This document shows positions 38,539-49,028 of a stretch of 64,000 nucleotides of DNA, one piece after another (position 1 is the first letter of the stretch; every line of letters starts with the position of its first letter). The notes beneath the pieces were generated by a model, which made no database searches, was not told the origin of the DNA, and was given only the letters and a program-made list of their open reading frames with translations. Origin of the DNA: Spirochaetia bacterium (lineage in GTDB: Bacteria > Spirochaetota > Spirochaetia > SZUA-6 > Bin103); NCBI GenBank assembly GCA_965203515.1, contig OZ241907.1, forward strand, positions 2,240,001-2,304,000. Reading direction: 5' to 3'. Position numbers and translations under genes: made by a program.

Positions 38539-38752
38539 CGATCGGCGCGCAATCGACACGACGGGAGAGGCCGCATCGCGCAGCTTATGATGATGGCAGC
38601 GTATCGGCGTCGGCCGGGAAGCGTTGCAGCGCGCCGCGCACCTGCTGTCGGACGTGATGCTGAGCGGCGACCGCGACGCGGTCCGCGCGATCGTCATGTA
38701 CCTGTGGGCGACGCAGGACCGCGCCACGGCCCGACGATTCGGCAGGTCTAGT

Positions 38753-40381
38753 CTAGTCGGGAAATTCCTGCAGCGCCTTATCAAGTCTCCGATCGCCGTC
38801 ACGTAGTTCCTCTAGACGTCGCTTGAGCCTCCCTTTATCGTCCTCGAATATCTTGATGCGCTCATGGAGCCACTGTCGAAAGCCCTTACAGACGTCTTTG
38901 AAGCCAGCTGCTGCCTGACTCTCGATCTTCCTTGCCTCCTGGCGAAGTCCAGCCATCAGCTCCGAGCGCCGTTGCGCTCTCTCCTTGGCACGTTGTTGCG
39001 TCCCGATATCATCTAACACGTCCAACATAACGCCGCTAAGCTGCTCGACGATCGGACCAGCTGTGTTCACCACTTTGGGCCAATTGACCAGCTGGCTCGC
39101 CTTAACCGCATCTCCGACCGCCTTTCGGAGCTCGGAAAAGTGTTTGATGACGGTTTTCGCAGTTGAAAAACTTGCATCTTTCGTGCCTTCTTCTCCTCTA
39201 AGTCGCTGGAAATAATCCTGAACCTTTCGGAACTCCGCAAAGCTCGGGCGAGTCATCCGCTCCTTTAACTCTACCTCTGCTTCCATCGCCAATCGACGAT
39301 AGTCGGCGAGGCAACTGTCCGACCATTCGTCCACAACACGACTCAATGAATCCTCGATAGTCGAACCGCCATTGGCGACCGACTCCGCACCAAGGCGACT
39401 GATATGAAGCAGTGCTTCTTCGACGCCACGATGTAGCTCCGCCTCGGCTTGCCGCTTCAGAGCGTTCAACCGCTGCTCGATCAGCCGATTGAATTCAATC
39501 TCGTTGACACAAGCTTCGAGCGCATCTTCAGCCTTGGCGATCAGGTCTCTCAGCCTCTCCCGAGCTTGGCTCGCCAGTCTGGAGACGAAGCGCGCTCCTG
39601 CCGCTGCTCGGAGTATGTCCCGTTCCTTAAGCATGCTGCGTAAGGATAACGTCAACGCTTCGACGCCGTCCCAGTCTCGACCGTGATCGTACAACTCGCT
39701 CTCAGGGGACGGATCATTCCCAACCTCCTGGTACGGGTCCGCAGACACGCACCGGACAGCGCGTAGATCCGCTTCAACTCTACCGGCGTGAAGCAGCGCC
39801 TGTAGTTCAGTAGCCTTCTTCGCCGCCAAGTCGTGAAATCCGTCGGGATTGTCCGCGGGGTCGATGCCGGCCTCGTCCATTCGGGCAACTACGGCGATCG
39901 TCGCATCGGCAACAATGGAAGCTGGAAGATTACCGCCGAAATGGCGTCCGCTGGCGAAATCGAGAAACGTCTGTTTGTCGGCTGTTACCAATTGCGGGGG
40001 CAGGACCCACAGGTACGCGTCGGCGAGCTGCATCGCGTCGAGGCTGATACGTTCGTGTTCGTCGTTCCCTCCGCTCAAGCCCGGAGTGTCGACAAACATG
40101 ACACCCTCGACTGTCTGTACCGATTGGACCTCGAACGTCTCTCGGCGGCCGCTGATGGTCAGCCATTCGGGTACTTCCGTCCCCGCGTCGACGAGCAATC
40201 GTTTCAGCAGGGTGCTCTTTCCCGCATCGTATGCGCCGAAGATTACCGTTCTCAGATCTTCGCTGGATCGAAGATCGTCCCATCGGCACCTCTGTTTTGC
40301 TACGTCTTCCAGAGACGAAGGCAACCTGGACAGTACGCACCACATGTTATCCGTCCACTTGCCAAGTTCATTGTCCATCAC
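38753..40381 (-). CDS. Dynamin-like GTPase with helical C-terminus
   Basis: G1 [10 protein letters not shown]3 DTPG, G4-like ARMD; coiled-coil tail; overlaps the upstream stop; lower GC. Confidence 0.82.
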   Translation of the reverse strand: MMDNELGKWTDNMWCVLSRLPSSLEDVAKQRCRWDDLRSSEDLRTVIFGAYDAGKSTLLKRLLVDAGTEVPEWLTISGRRETFEVQSVQTVEGVMFVDTPGLSGGNDEHERISLDAMQLADAYLWVLPPQLVTADKQTFLDFASGRHFGGNLPASIVADATIAVVARMDEAGIDPADNPDGFHDLAAKKATELQALLHAGRVEADLRAVRCVSADPYQEVGNDPSPESELYDHGRDWDGVEALTLSLRSMLKERDILRAAAGARFVSRLASQARERLRDLIAKAEDALEACVNEIEFNRLIEQRLNALKRQAEAELHRGVEEALLHISRLGAESVANGGSTIEDSLSRVVDEWSDSCLADYRRLAMEAEVELKERMTRPSFAEFRKVQDYFQRLRGEEGTKDASFSTAKTVIKHFSELRKAVGDAVKASQLVNWPKVVNTAGPIVEQLSGVMLDVLDDIGTQQRAKERAQRRSELMAGLRQEARKIESQAAAGFKDVCKGFRQWLHERIKIFEDDKGRLKRRLEELRDGDRRLDKALQEFPD

Positions 40382-43300
40382 TGGGCCTCCTCAGGGTTGC
40401 CGAGTCTGCTGCTTGCATCCGACATCAGTTCGTCATAAGTGGCAATCTTGCTCTGTTCGTCACATATTCGTAACTCCAAATTCTTGCGTTCCTTACTGTG
40501 GTCGTCTTTAACGTCTTTAAACGTACTAAGGATAGCTTCCAGCTTCATGAGAATGCCTGGCTCACTTTCATCGCCGAATGCGATTGTCTTCACTACTCTG
40601 GAGACTGACTCCTGCAGCCAGCGTGCGAACTTCTGTCTATCTTGCTCGATCATCTTGTAGCGTCGTTCAGAGCGCACCCAATCGAAAATGTCAAAACCTA
40701 TGCCAACCACCGAGAGAACCGCACCTACCTTTACGAGTTTCGCCGACAGCTTTACCGCGCCCCACGGCCTGAATTTTGCGCCAAAAAACTTTCCCATTTG
40801 ATAGACAACGTTTCGATTTGCTAATCCCATCCATCTTCCGGGCTCCCGGACTACTCTTGCATTTCTCTTGCTGCTCATTCTGAGACCTTCCAGATCAGGA
40901 GCAACGTCACGGTGGTCACCCAATACAGCACGAAATTCCAGTGACTGGGCTGTACGTTCGATCGCTTCGACACATCGCTCCCGCCATGAATTGAGCGTAT
41001 CTGCGGTGGTGCTCATCCACTTCGTCAACTCGACACGTAGCGCTTTATCGTTCCACCACGTTTTCAGACGATCGACGTTGATCTTCAGATTCTCAGGGTC
41101 CTGCGCTGACAGCACTTCATCCGCGAACCCTGCGGCGTGCTCCAAAACCAGACGCTCGAGCTCGGCACGATGCTTGGCTCCCAGACGTGTTCCATCGGCG
41201 ATCGATTCGTCGATCTGTTTCTGAAGTGATGCGAGCGCGGCATCCTGCTTCTTGAGCTTTGCGACTACCGAACGTTTGACAGTCTTTAGGTCCGCCAGTC
41301 GAGCCAGACCTCCTCCCAGTATTGATCGGTCACATCCCGATCGAAGCAGCTTTTCTTTGACGCGACGGAAATTAACGAGGAAATATTGAAAGCCATCCCA
41401 ATTTCGATATGGATCGAACGCCGAAGGCGTAACATCGATACTGTCTCCGACGAGGCCGTACGGATCACTTGCCATGCAGAACACCCGATCAGGCGTGACG
41501 GTGACACTTCTTGAACTCAACGCCAAAGACAGCTCCCTCTGCTTGCGCTGTACGAGTTGCCGGAAGGCGTTTGGATCGTCGTCAGGATCGACTCCCAGTT
41601 CATCGGAACGGTTTACGACGAAGAACGTGTGATTCTGTCGTGGTACCATTCCGCGCTCCTTGGACCCTCGGAGTACCGTGGTCATGTATTCATCGTCTCC
41701 GACGATCAGGTTTGGTTGGAAGAGGTACAGTACTGCGGACGCATCCGATAGCGCTCGCAACGCATTCTCGTCGTGTGCCGAGTTGCTGCTCTGGAATCCC
41801 GGGTTGTCGATGAGAGTGATGCCGTCCCAGTCGTATTCACGGGGGGTGTCCATGGTGGGATCCCCGCCAACGTGCATGGTCTCCGGGACCCGTAACCCTG
41901 CATCGATCAATAGCCGTTTGATGAAGCTGGTCTTGCCGGCGCTGTAGTCGCCTACCAAGTGGACACGCGGCTTACCGCTATCCGCTATGGGCTGGAGCTC
42001 TTTCAGACATGCCACGGCGTCCGCGTCCTTCTTACAGCTCTCAAGCGCGATAGTCAACCACGTGCGTCCCGATCTCCGGTCCGGCGCATCGTCCGCTATC
42101 CGGTCAAAGATGTCCCTCATTTCCTTGAAGATACTTTCGAAGATCGTTGGATCGTAGTCCGCGGTGCGACCGGCGTCAGTCGATTCGGACGCGGTCTTGA
42201 GTCCCTCTGGATCGTCGATCCAGTCTTCACCCAGCCAGTGCATCACGGCAGCGTCGGGACGCCCCGGATATGCATCGCGTTCGGTGGTAGTGGCCACCTT
42301 TCGCAAGAGGGACTGAGGCTCGGCCGTTGTGGGAAGGTCGTTGATGAGCGATGCGATGTTCGCTCGTAGATTACGACAATGAGTCTGTACCGTTCGCGAT
42401 GTGAGCGCCGATTCGACCAGGCCGCGCAGGACTTCCCTGGAGGCCGTGAGAGCGTGGGAACGAGCTTGCTTCGACACCTCTTCGGTGACCCGGTCGTATA
42501 CCTCGTGGACGTTCTGCCGTACTTCGGCCAACGCTTCTCGGCGCGCTGCAAGTCGTTGCCGTTCGGCCTTCTCGCGAGCCTTGTGTCCCAGCCAACCGAA
42601 TGCCATCGACGAAACGCCGCCGACCAACATAACGACTCCCGCCGCCGCCGAAAGCCAACCGAACGGATTCCAGAAGTTCGCCAACGCGAAGGCTCCAAGT
42701 GCGCCCGCGACGCCAAGAAGAATGCCGCCACCCTTGAGCCCCCACGCGCTGTGCTTCCAGCCAACCCCCGCCTTGCCCTCTATCCCTATGGTCCGGGAGT
42801 GCAGCACTTGCAGGTCGAGCTGGGTATCGCGGATCGCGAGCTTGACATGTCTTTCGAGAAACTTGGCGCCCTCACGTAAAACAGATTCGGCTTTGTCCCG
42901 CATCTCGTTCTCCGCGAAGGCTGCCTTCCGCACGTCGTCCGCCGATATGTCGACTCTTCGCTCGAACGCGCCGATCACGCACTCCTCAGCCTTCTGCAGT
43001 GACTGCATACGCAGCGCCCCGAGCTCCGTGTCGAGCCGCTGGGCAACGAACTGACGGAACTCTCCTTTGACGGGACCCTGGAACACTCCGCCACGGCTCC
43101 GTTCCAATTCCGCCAGTAGGTCGCGGTTGTCATCATCGCGGAACGGCTGCATCGAGCTGTGATCGTCCGGGCGCGGGTAACCGAGGAGTCTCAGGAGCGG
43201 AGCAACGAGTCTACTCTCGATGGTGTCGGCAGCCTTGGCGGCCTCGAGTTCGCGGGACTCGATAGCCCTGTCGAGCTCTAGGATAACACCGCGCAGATGA

Positions 43301-46068
43301 TCATTCAGGGCGCCAATCCGCAGTTTGACGGCGTGCTCGCGTACCGATCGGACCAACAACCCTTCGAGGGTAGAGTAACCGGACCAGCGTTCGAGTACGT
43401 CGGCGCCGAACGCTTTGCGTTGGTTCGCAAGACTCGGACCATCAGGCCCGTTGAACGGAAGCGCAGCACGCGCGAAGAGCGCTCGCTTCAAACTCAGCGC
43501 AGTTACCGGCACACCGGTCAAGCCGATCTTTGCGAGTTCGTCGCGTATGTTGCCCGCGTGCTCGCGCACGGCGCGAGATAAATTCGCCCGTGCCGAACGC
43601 GCCGTGACCCGCGGCGGCAACCGCCACCGGGGATTCCGTGGGTTGAGCACCGCAATCACGGGCTTTCGGTAGAGGTGAACCCAGGCGGCCAACTTTTCGA
43701 ACTCGCCAGCCTGCTGGCTCTGGCTGTCGAAGCAAACAAGTACGAAGTCCGCGACCTCGACCGCTTCCTGGGCTCGTCTCTCAAGATCCTCTCTGCTCTC
43801 CGTGCGTCCCCATCCGTTGATCCCCGGCGTGTCGTAGAGCCGGCACGAATGCCAGTCCACAGGTTCGACCGCAGTCGTCCAATCGCTCTCACCTTGGGAA
43901 ACGGACGCTCCGTCACTCCCCGTCATAGCTGAGATAAGTGTGCTCTTGCCTACACCAGTGCGACCGAACAGGACGATATTGAAGGTCTTGGATGCCTCCC
44001 ATTGCCGTTCAAGCAGTTTGTTGACTTGGTCAACAAACCGGTCGATCTCCGATATGAGCAGCACACAAGGATCCTTCTTTGACATCGCTTGCTTTGTCGG
44101 ACGGACGGCATCCGCCGTATCCTTGAGAAGATCGGTCAGGCAACCAACCCGACGGGTGACCTTCTTCATCTCATCCCGGCTTCCTTCGACAGCATCTGTT
44201 GCCGCGCGCGCAAGAGCGTCGTACTTGGATGCCTTCTGCTGCGCGTCGCGGTACACCTCTTCGGCGAGCTTCTGGGACGCCTGATTGAGCGCTTCGATCT
44301 TGGCCTTGACCGCGGCGGTATCGTTGCCGTCGACGGCCTGCTTCAAGGCCGCGATCGCGGCGCTGATCTTCTCCTTGTCTTCCGCGCCGACCTTGTCGCC
44401 GAAGTCGTTCAGCGACTTCTCGGTCGCATAGATCAGGCTGTCCGCCTCGTTCCTGGCCTCCGCCGCCTCTCGCGCGTTCTTGTCTTCATCCGCGTGCACC
44501 TCGGCGTCCTTGACCATGCGCTCGATCTCGTCCTCGGACAGGCCCGAAGAGGACTCGATGCGGATCTTCTGCTCCTTGCCGGTATCCAGGTCCTTCGCGG
44601 ATACGTGGACGATCCCGTTGGCATCGATGTCGAAGGCGACCTCGATCTGCGGGACGCCGCGCGGCGCCGCCGGAATGTCGGCCAGATCGAATCGGCCGAG
44701 CGTGCGGTTCTGCGCAGCCATCTCCCGCTCGCCCTGCAGCACGTGGATGGAGACCGCCGTCTGGTTGTCGGCCGGCGTCGGCCGACCAGCCGCAGGTAGC
44801 TCCGGCACTGAGAATATCTGACTCTTGCGGGTGGGGATGTTCGTATTACGCTCGATCAGCCGCGTGGAGACTTGGCCGAGCGTTTCGATGCCGAGCGACA
44901 GCGGGGTGACGTCCATCAGCAGCACGTCCTTGACGTCGCCGCCCAGGATGCCGCCCTGGATCGCCGCGCCGACCGCCACCACCTCGTCGGGGTTGACGCC
45001 GCGGTTCGGGTCCTTGCCGAACAACTCGGCGACCAGTTGCTGCACCGCCGGAATGCGCGTCGAGCCGCCCACCAGGATCACCTGATCGATCTCATTGGCG
45101 CTGACGCCGGCGTCCTTGATCGCCTGCTCGCACGGGCGCCGCGTCTGCTGCACCAGATCATCGATCATCTGCTCGAACTTGGCGCGCGTCAGCGTATACT
45201 GCAGGTGCTTGGGGCCGGAGGAGTCGGCCGTGATGAACGGCAGATTGATCTCCGTGCTCTGCGTCCCCGACAACTCGATCTTGGCTTTCTCCGCCTGCTC
45301 CTTGAGGCGCTGCAACGCCATCCGGTCGTTCGACAGGTCGATGCCGTTGTCGTTCCTGAAGCTGGTGATCAGCCAGTCGATCACCCGCTGATCGAAGTTG
45401 TCGCCGCCCAGGTGGGTATCGCCATTGGTCGACTTCACCTCGAACACGCCGTCGCCCAGCTCCAGGATGGAGATGTCGAAGGTGCCGCCGCCCAGGTCGT
45501 AGACCGCGATCTTCTCCTCGCTGCTGCCTTCCTTGTTGAGACCGTAGGCGAGCGCCGCAGCGGCACCGTCGTTGACGATCCGCTTGACGTCGAGGCCGGC
45601 GATCCGGCCGGCGTCCTTGGTCGCCTGCCGCTGCGAATCGTTGAAGTAGGCCGGCACCGTGATCACCGCCTCGGTCACCGTCTCGCCAAGATAGCTCTCC
45701 GCCGTCTCCTTCATCTTCTGCAGCACGGCGGCGGAGATCTCCGGCGGCGAATACCGGTTGTCGTCGATATGGACCCGCACGTCGTTGCCGCTGTCGGTGA
45801 CCCGGTACGGAACCATCTTGATCTCTTCCGGGACCTCGATAAAGCGGCGGCCCATGAAGCGCTTGATCGAATAGACCGTCCGTTCCGGGTTGGTGACCAT
45901 CTGGTTCTTCGCCGGCTGGCCGACCAGCCGCCCCTTGTCGGTGAACGCGACGATCGACGGCGTGGTGCGCTGCCCCTCCGAGTTCTGCACCACCGTCGGT
46001 TCGCCGCTCTCCATCACCGCGACGCAGGAATTGGTGGTCCCCAGGTCAATGCCGATGATCTTGCCCAT
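40378..46068 (-). CDS. DnaK(Hsp70) / dynamin-like GTPase / LeoA-like GTPase fusion protein (~1,896 aa)
   Basis: [33 protein letters not shown], lid helices; then [13 protein letters not shown], a TM hairpin, [17 protein letters not shown], and KFRPWGAVK; a single stop-free frame. Confidence 0.88.
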   Translation of the reverse strand: MGKIIGIDLGTTNSCVAVMESGEPTVVQNSEGQRTTPSIVAFTDKGRLVGQPAKNQMVTNPERTVYSIKRFMGRRFIEVPEEIKMVPYRVTDSGNDVRVHIDDNRYSPPEISAAVLQKMKETAESYLGETVTEAVITVPAYFNDSQRQATKDAGRIAGLDVKRIVNDGAAAALAYGLNKEGSSEEKIAVYDLGGGTFDISILELGDGVFEVKSTNGDTHLGGDNFDQRVIDWLITSFRNDNGIDLSNDRMALQRLKEQAEKAKIELSGTQSTEINLPFITADSSGPKHLQYTLTRAKFEQMIDDLVQQTRRPCEQAIKDAGVSANEIDQVILVGGSTRIPAVQQLVAELFGKDPNRGVNPDEVVAVGAAIQGGILGGDVKDVLLMDVTPLSLGIETLGQVSTRLIERNTNIPTRKSQIFSVPELPAAGRPTPADNQTAVSIHVLQGEREMAAQNRTLGRFDLADIPAAPRGVPQIEVAFDIDANGIVHVSAKDLDTGKEQKIRIESSSGLSEDEIERMVKDAEVHADEDKNAREAAEARNEADSLIYATEKSLNDFGDKVGAEDKEKISAAIAALKQAVDGNDTAAVKAKIEALNQASQKLAEEVYRDAQQKASKYDALARAATDAVEGSRDEMKKVTRRVGCLTDLLKDTADAVRPTKQAMSKKDPCVLLISEIDRFVDQVNKLLERQWEASKTFNIVLFGRTGVGKSTLISAMTGSDGASVSQGESDWTTAVEPVDWHSCRLYDTPGINGWGRTESREDLERRAQEAVEVADFVLVCFDSQSQQAGEFEKLAAWVHLYRKPVIAVLNPRNPRWRLPPRVTARSARANLSRAVREHAGNIRDELAKIGLTGVPVTALSLKRALFARAALPFNGPDGPSLANQRKAFGADVLERWSGYSTLEGLLVRSVREHAVKLRIGALNDHLRGVILELDRAIESRELEAAKAADTIESRLVAPLLRLLGYPRPDDHSSMQPFRDDDNRDLLAELERSRGGVFQGPVKGEFRQFVAQRLDTELGALRMQSLQKAEECVIGAFERRVDISADDVRKAAFAENEMRDKAESVLREGAKFLERHVKLAIRDTQLDLQVLHSRTIGIEGKAGVGWKHSAWGLKGGGILLGVAGALGAFALANFWNPFGWLSAAAGVVMLVGGVSSMAFGWLGHKAREKAERQRLAARREALAEVRQNVHEVYDRVTEEVSKQARSHALTASREVLRGLVESALTSRTVQTHCRNLRANIASLINDLPTTAEPQSLLRKVATTTERDAYPGRPDAAVMHWLGEDWIDDPEGLKTASESTDAGRTADYDPTIFESIFKEMRDIFDRIADDAPDRRSGRTWLTIALESCKKDADAVACLKELQPIADSGKPRVHLVGDYSAGKTSFIKRLLIDAGLRVPETMHVGGDPTMDTPREYDWDGITLIDNPGFQSSNSAHDENALRALSDASAVLYLFQPNLIVGDDEYMTTVLRGSKERGMVPRQNHTFFVVNRSDELGVDPDDDPNAFRQLVQRKQRELSLALSSRSVTVTPDRVFCMASDPYGLVGDSIDVTPSAFDPYRNWDGFQYFLVNFRRVKEKLLRSGCDRSILGGGLARLADLKTVKRSVVAKLKKQDAALASLQKQIDESIADGTRLGAKHRAELERLVLEHAAGFADEVLSAQDPENLKINVDRLKTWWNDKALRVELTKWMSTTADTLNSWRERCVEAIERTAQSLEFRAVLGDHRDVAPDLEGLRMSSKRNARVVREPGRWMGLANRNVVYQMGKFFGAKFRPWGAVKLSAKLVKVGAVLSVVGIGFDIFDWVRSERRYKMIEQDRQKFARWLQESVSRVVKTIAFGDESEPGILMKLEAILSTFKDVKDDHSKERKNLELRICDEQSKIATYDELMSDASSRLGNPEEAQ

Positions 46069-46345
46069 GTTACGTGCCTTCCTTTGTGTCGGCTGGCGCA
46101 TCGCCCGGTGCACACGCCGTATCGCCCGGTCTTACCACCGCATTCGCAAGCGAAGCGACCGAGGGGGTAGCGCAACCACCCGAGTACACCTTATTCTGCC
46201 CCTCAACCTGTCCAACCAACCAGGACCACCTCACTTCAACACGCCGATTGAGATTCTTCTCTATCGACGACACGCCGTCAACGACCTGTGGCCGGAGTTT
46301 TTTGTACCTGCACGGTCTGGAGCTGGAGACTTCGAGCATGAGGGG

Positions 46346-46470
46346 TTGCGCGGACTCGCGCGGCGCGTATACTCCGGTCACAGAGCAGCCGACCTCACGT
46401 GGAGGCGGCAAGCCCCGGCCGGCCCAGCCGGAGGCGGCGCGCCGGCCGTACCCTGCGGGGACGGCACGGC
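46346..46470 (+). promoter_or_regulatory. Sigma70-like promoter and structured 5' leader of the pan/coa operon
   Basis: TTGCGC-16 nt-TATACT (46346-46373); hairpins 46388-46409 and 46441-46470 with bulged A residues. Confidence 0.5.
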
Positions 46471-46519
46471 AGATGCGGCGCGCTCCACACCGGGTCCGCC
46501 TTGGGCGAAGGAGATGCCC

Positions 46520-47401
46520 ATGGAACGGTCACGCTACACGCTGACCGACATCACCCGGCCCGACCGCGAGCCGCTGGTGATGGTCACCGCCTACGACGCG
46601 GCGAGCGCCCGGCTGACCGACGACGCCGGCGTCGACCTGATCCTGGTCGGCGATACCCTGGCGGAGTTCGCCTTGGGCTACGACAGCACCGCGCCGGTCA
46701 CCGTCGACGAGATGCTGCACCACTGCCGGGCGGTCACCCGCACCCGCCCGCGCGCGCTGGTGGTCGGCGACATGCCGCTCGGCTCCTATCAGGTGAGCGC
46801 CGAGGAGGCGGTGCGCAACGCCATCCGCTTCGTCAAGGAGGGCGGCGTCGACGCCGTCAAGCTCGAAGGGGGCGAGGTCCGCGCGCAGACCGCCCGCGCC
46901 ATCGTCGACGCCGGCATCGCGGTCATGGGCCACGTCGGCTTCACGCCGCAGTCCGCGGTCAGCTTTGGATCGCACGTCGTCGCCGGCCGCGACGCCGACG
47001 CCGGGATGCAGCTCTACCGCGACGCGCTCGCCCTGGAGGACGCCGGCTGCTTCTCCATCGTGCTGGAGGCGGTCGCCCGCGCGGTGGCCAGCCGCATCAC
47101 CGCGGAGCTGATGATTCCGACCATCGGCATCGGCGCCGGCGCCGGCTGTTCCGGGCAGGTGCTGGTCTTCCACGAGCTGACCGGCATCCACGCCGGCCCG
47201 TCGCCCCGCTTCGTCCGCCGCTACGGCGAGGCGGGCGCCGAGATCGGCCGGGCGATCGCCGCCTTCGCCCGCGACGTGCGCAGCCGCGCCTATCCCGACA
47301 AGCAGCACGCCTATCTGATGCCGGCCGAGGAGATCGCCCGCTTCGAACACGCGCTGGCGGCGGAACGGCGCGACTCGCGCCTGCGCACGCGGACGGCATG
47401 A
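46520..47401 (+). CDS. panB: 3-methyl-2-oxobutanoate hydroxymethyltransferase
   Basis: MVTAYD, LILVGD, VVGDMP, AVKLEGG, GHVGFTPQ, TIGIGAG..CSGQVLV. Confidence 0.95.
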   Translation: MERSRYTLTDITRPDREPLVMVTAYDAASARLTDDAGVDLILVGDTLAEFALGYDSTAPVTVDEMLHHCRAVTRTRPRALVVGDMPLGSYQVSAEEAVRNAIRFVKEGGVDAVKLEGGEVRAQTARAIVDAGIAVMGHVGFTPQSAVSFGSHVVAGRDADAGMQLYRDALALEDAGCFSIVLEAVARAVASRITAELMIPTIGIGAGAGCSGQVLVFHELTGIHAGPSPRFVRRYGEAGAEIGRAIAAFARDVRSRAYPDKQHAYLMPAEEIARFEHALAAERRDSRLRTRTA

Positions 47402-48237
47402 GAGTCGTCGAGCGGATCGACCAGGTGCGGGCGTTCGTGCGCAGCGTCGGGCGGTCGACGGTCGGCCTGGTGGCGACGCTCGGCGGGCTGCACGCCGGGC
47501 ACCGCTCCCTGGTCGATCACGCCCTGGCCGCCGGGGACACCGTGGTGGCGACGCTGTTCCTCAACCCGACGCAGTTCTCCGACGCCGCCGACCTTGCCCG
47601 CTACCCGCGCACGCGCGCTGCCGATCTGGCGCTGTTCCGCGACGCCGGCGCCTCGCTGGTGTTCGCGCCGCCGGTGCGGACGATGTATCCGCCCGGCTGC
47701 GACACGACCGTGGCGCCCGGCCGCGCGGCCGAACGGCTGGAAGGCGCGGCGCGCCCCGGCCACTTCCGCGGGGTCTGCACGGTGGTGGCCAAGCTGCTCA
47801 ACATCGTCACGCCGGCGCGCGCCTACTTCGGGCAGAAGGACGCGCAGCAGGTGGCCGTGATCCGCCGCATGGTCGCCGACCTGGACATGGACGTCGACCT
47901 GGTCGTCTGCCCCACGGTGCGCGACCGCGACGGGCTGGCGCTCAGCTCCCGCAACGCGCTGCTCACCGCCGAGCAGCGCGCCCAGGCAGTCGCGATCCCG
48001 CGGGCGCTGGCGGCCTGCCGCGCGCGCTTTCGCGCCGGCGAGCGCGATGCCGAAACGCTGCGCGCCGTCCTCCGCGACCGCCTGGCCGGCGCGGTCGATC
48101 CGGAGTACGTGAGCGTCGCCGACCCGGAGACGATGACGGAACTCGACACGGTGGCGCGGCCGGCGGTGGCGTCGGTCGCGGCCCGCGTCGGCGCGGTGCG
48201 GCTGATCGACAACGTGCCGCTGGAGCCGGCGGGCTGA
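47398..48237 (+). CDS. panC: Pantoate--beta-alanine ligase
   Basis: LHAGH, FLNPTQF, RPGHFRGV, YFGQKDAQQ, GLALSSRN, RLIDN. Confidence 0.95.
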   Translation: MRVVERIDQVRAFVRSVGRSTVGLVATLGGLHAGHRSLVDHALAAGDTVVATLFLNPTQFSDAADLARYPRTRAADLALFRDAGASLVFAPPVRTMYPPGCDTTVAPGRAAERLEGAARPGHFRGVCTVVAKLLNIVTPARAYFGQKDAQQVAVIRRMVADLDMDVDLVVCPTVRDRDGLALSSRNALLTAEQRAQAVAIPRALAACRARFRAGERDAETLRAVLRDRLAGAVDPEYVSVADPETMTELDTVARPAVASVAARVGAVRLIDNVPLEPAG

Positions 48238-49028
48238 TGCTGCTCTGCGTCGACGTCGGCAACACCAACATCGTGCTGGGGACCTTTCCGGACGGCGCCC
48301 CCGAGCACGCGGCCCCCGGCGCCACGTGGCGGCTGTCGACCCGCGCCAACGCGCAGGTCGACGAATACGCCGTACTGCTGCGCCAACTCCTGCAGCTCGA
48401 GCGGCTGTCGGAGGATGCGATCGACGCGGTGGCGATAGCCAGCTCGGTGCCGGCGCTGCAGGGCGTGTTCGCGGCGCTGTGCCGCCGCCGGCTGGGCCTG
48501 GAGCCGCTGGTCGTCGGCGTCGGCGTCAAGACCGGCGTGCGGGTGCGCTACGACAGCCTGCGCGACGTGGGCGCGGATCGCATCGTCGACGCGGCGGCGG
48601 CGTTCGCCGAGCACGGCGGACCGATCTGCGTGGTCGACTTCGGCACCGGCACCACCTTCGACGCGATCGACGCGGACGGCCAGTACCTGGGAGGGGCGAT
48701 CGCGCCCGGCATCGAGATCGCCGCCGACGCGCTGGCGGAACGCGCCGCCAAGCTGGGCCGCATCGAGCTGGCGGCGCCGCCCCGCGCGATCGGCGCCAAC
48801 ACCGCGCATGCGGTGCAGTCCGGGCTGATCTACGGCTACGTCGGGCTGGTGGAGGGGATGGTGGCGCGCTTCCGCGCCGAGCTGGGCGGCTCCCCGTACG
48901 TGCTGGCGACCGGCGGGCTGGCCGATACCATCGCCCCCCTGACCCGCGCGATCGACGCCGTGGATCCGTGGATCACGTTGAAGGGTCTGCGCCTGATCTG
49001 GCAGGCGAACGCGGAGCGCAAGCCGTGA
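48237..49028 (+). CDS. coaX: Type III pantothenate kinase
   Basis: DVGNTN, GADRI, VDFGTGTT, GGAIAPG, ATGG, TLKGL. Confidence 0.94.
   Translation: MLLCVDVGNTNIVLGTFPDGAPEHAAPGATWRLSTRANAQVDEYAVLLRQLLQLERLSEDAIDAVAIASSVPALQGVFAALCRRRLGLEPLVVGVGVKTGVRVRYDSLRDVGADRIVDAAAAFAEHGGPICVVDFGTGTTFDAIDADGQYLGGAIAPGIEIAADALAERAAKLGRIELAAPPRAIGANTAHAVQSGLIYGYVGLVEGMVARFRAELGGSPYVLATGGLADTIAPLTRAIDAVDPWITLKGLRLIWQANAERKP

Larger units (their letters stand above)
36432..38743 (+). repeat. Tandem ~1.04-kb direct duplication (36432-37478 / 37535-38569) plus a third partial copy (38567-38743)
   Basis: Shared upstream CCGTACGTTGAAGCGCCAGCGCCGG and downstream CAATCGACACGACGGGAGAG. Confidence 0.92.

Noticed and set aside
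44231..46068. Ordinary housekeeping dnaK
   Set aside because: No stop after the lid, altered catalytic and substrate motifs, and no grpE/dnaJ neighbours
46070..46411. 113-aa ORF or grpE remnant upstream of the fusion
   Set aside because: No recognisable GrpE motif; overlaps the panB promoter; unsupported
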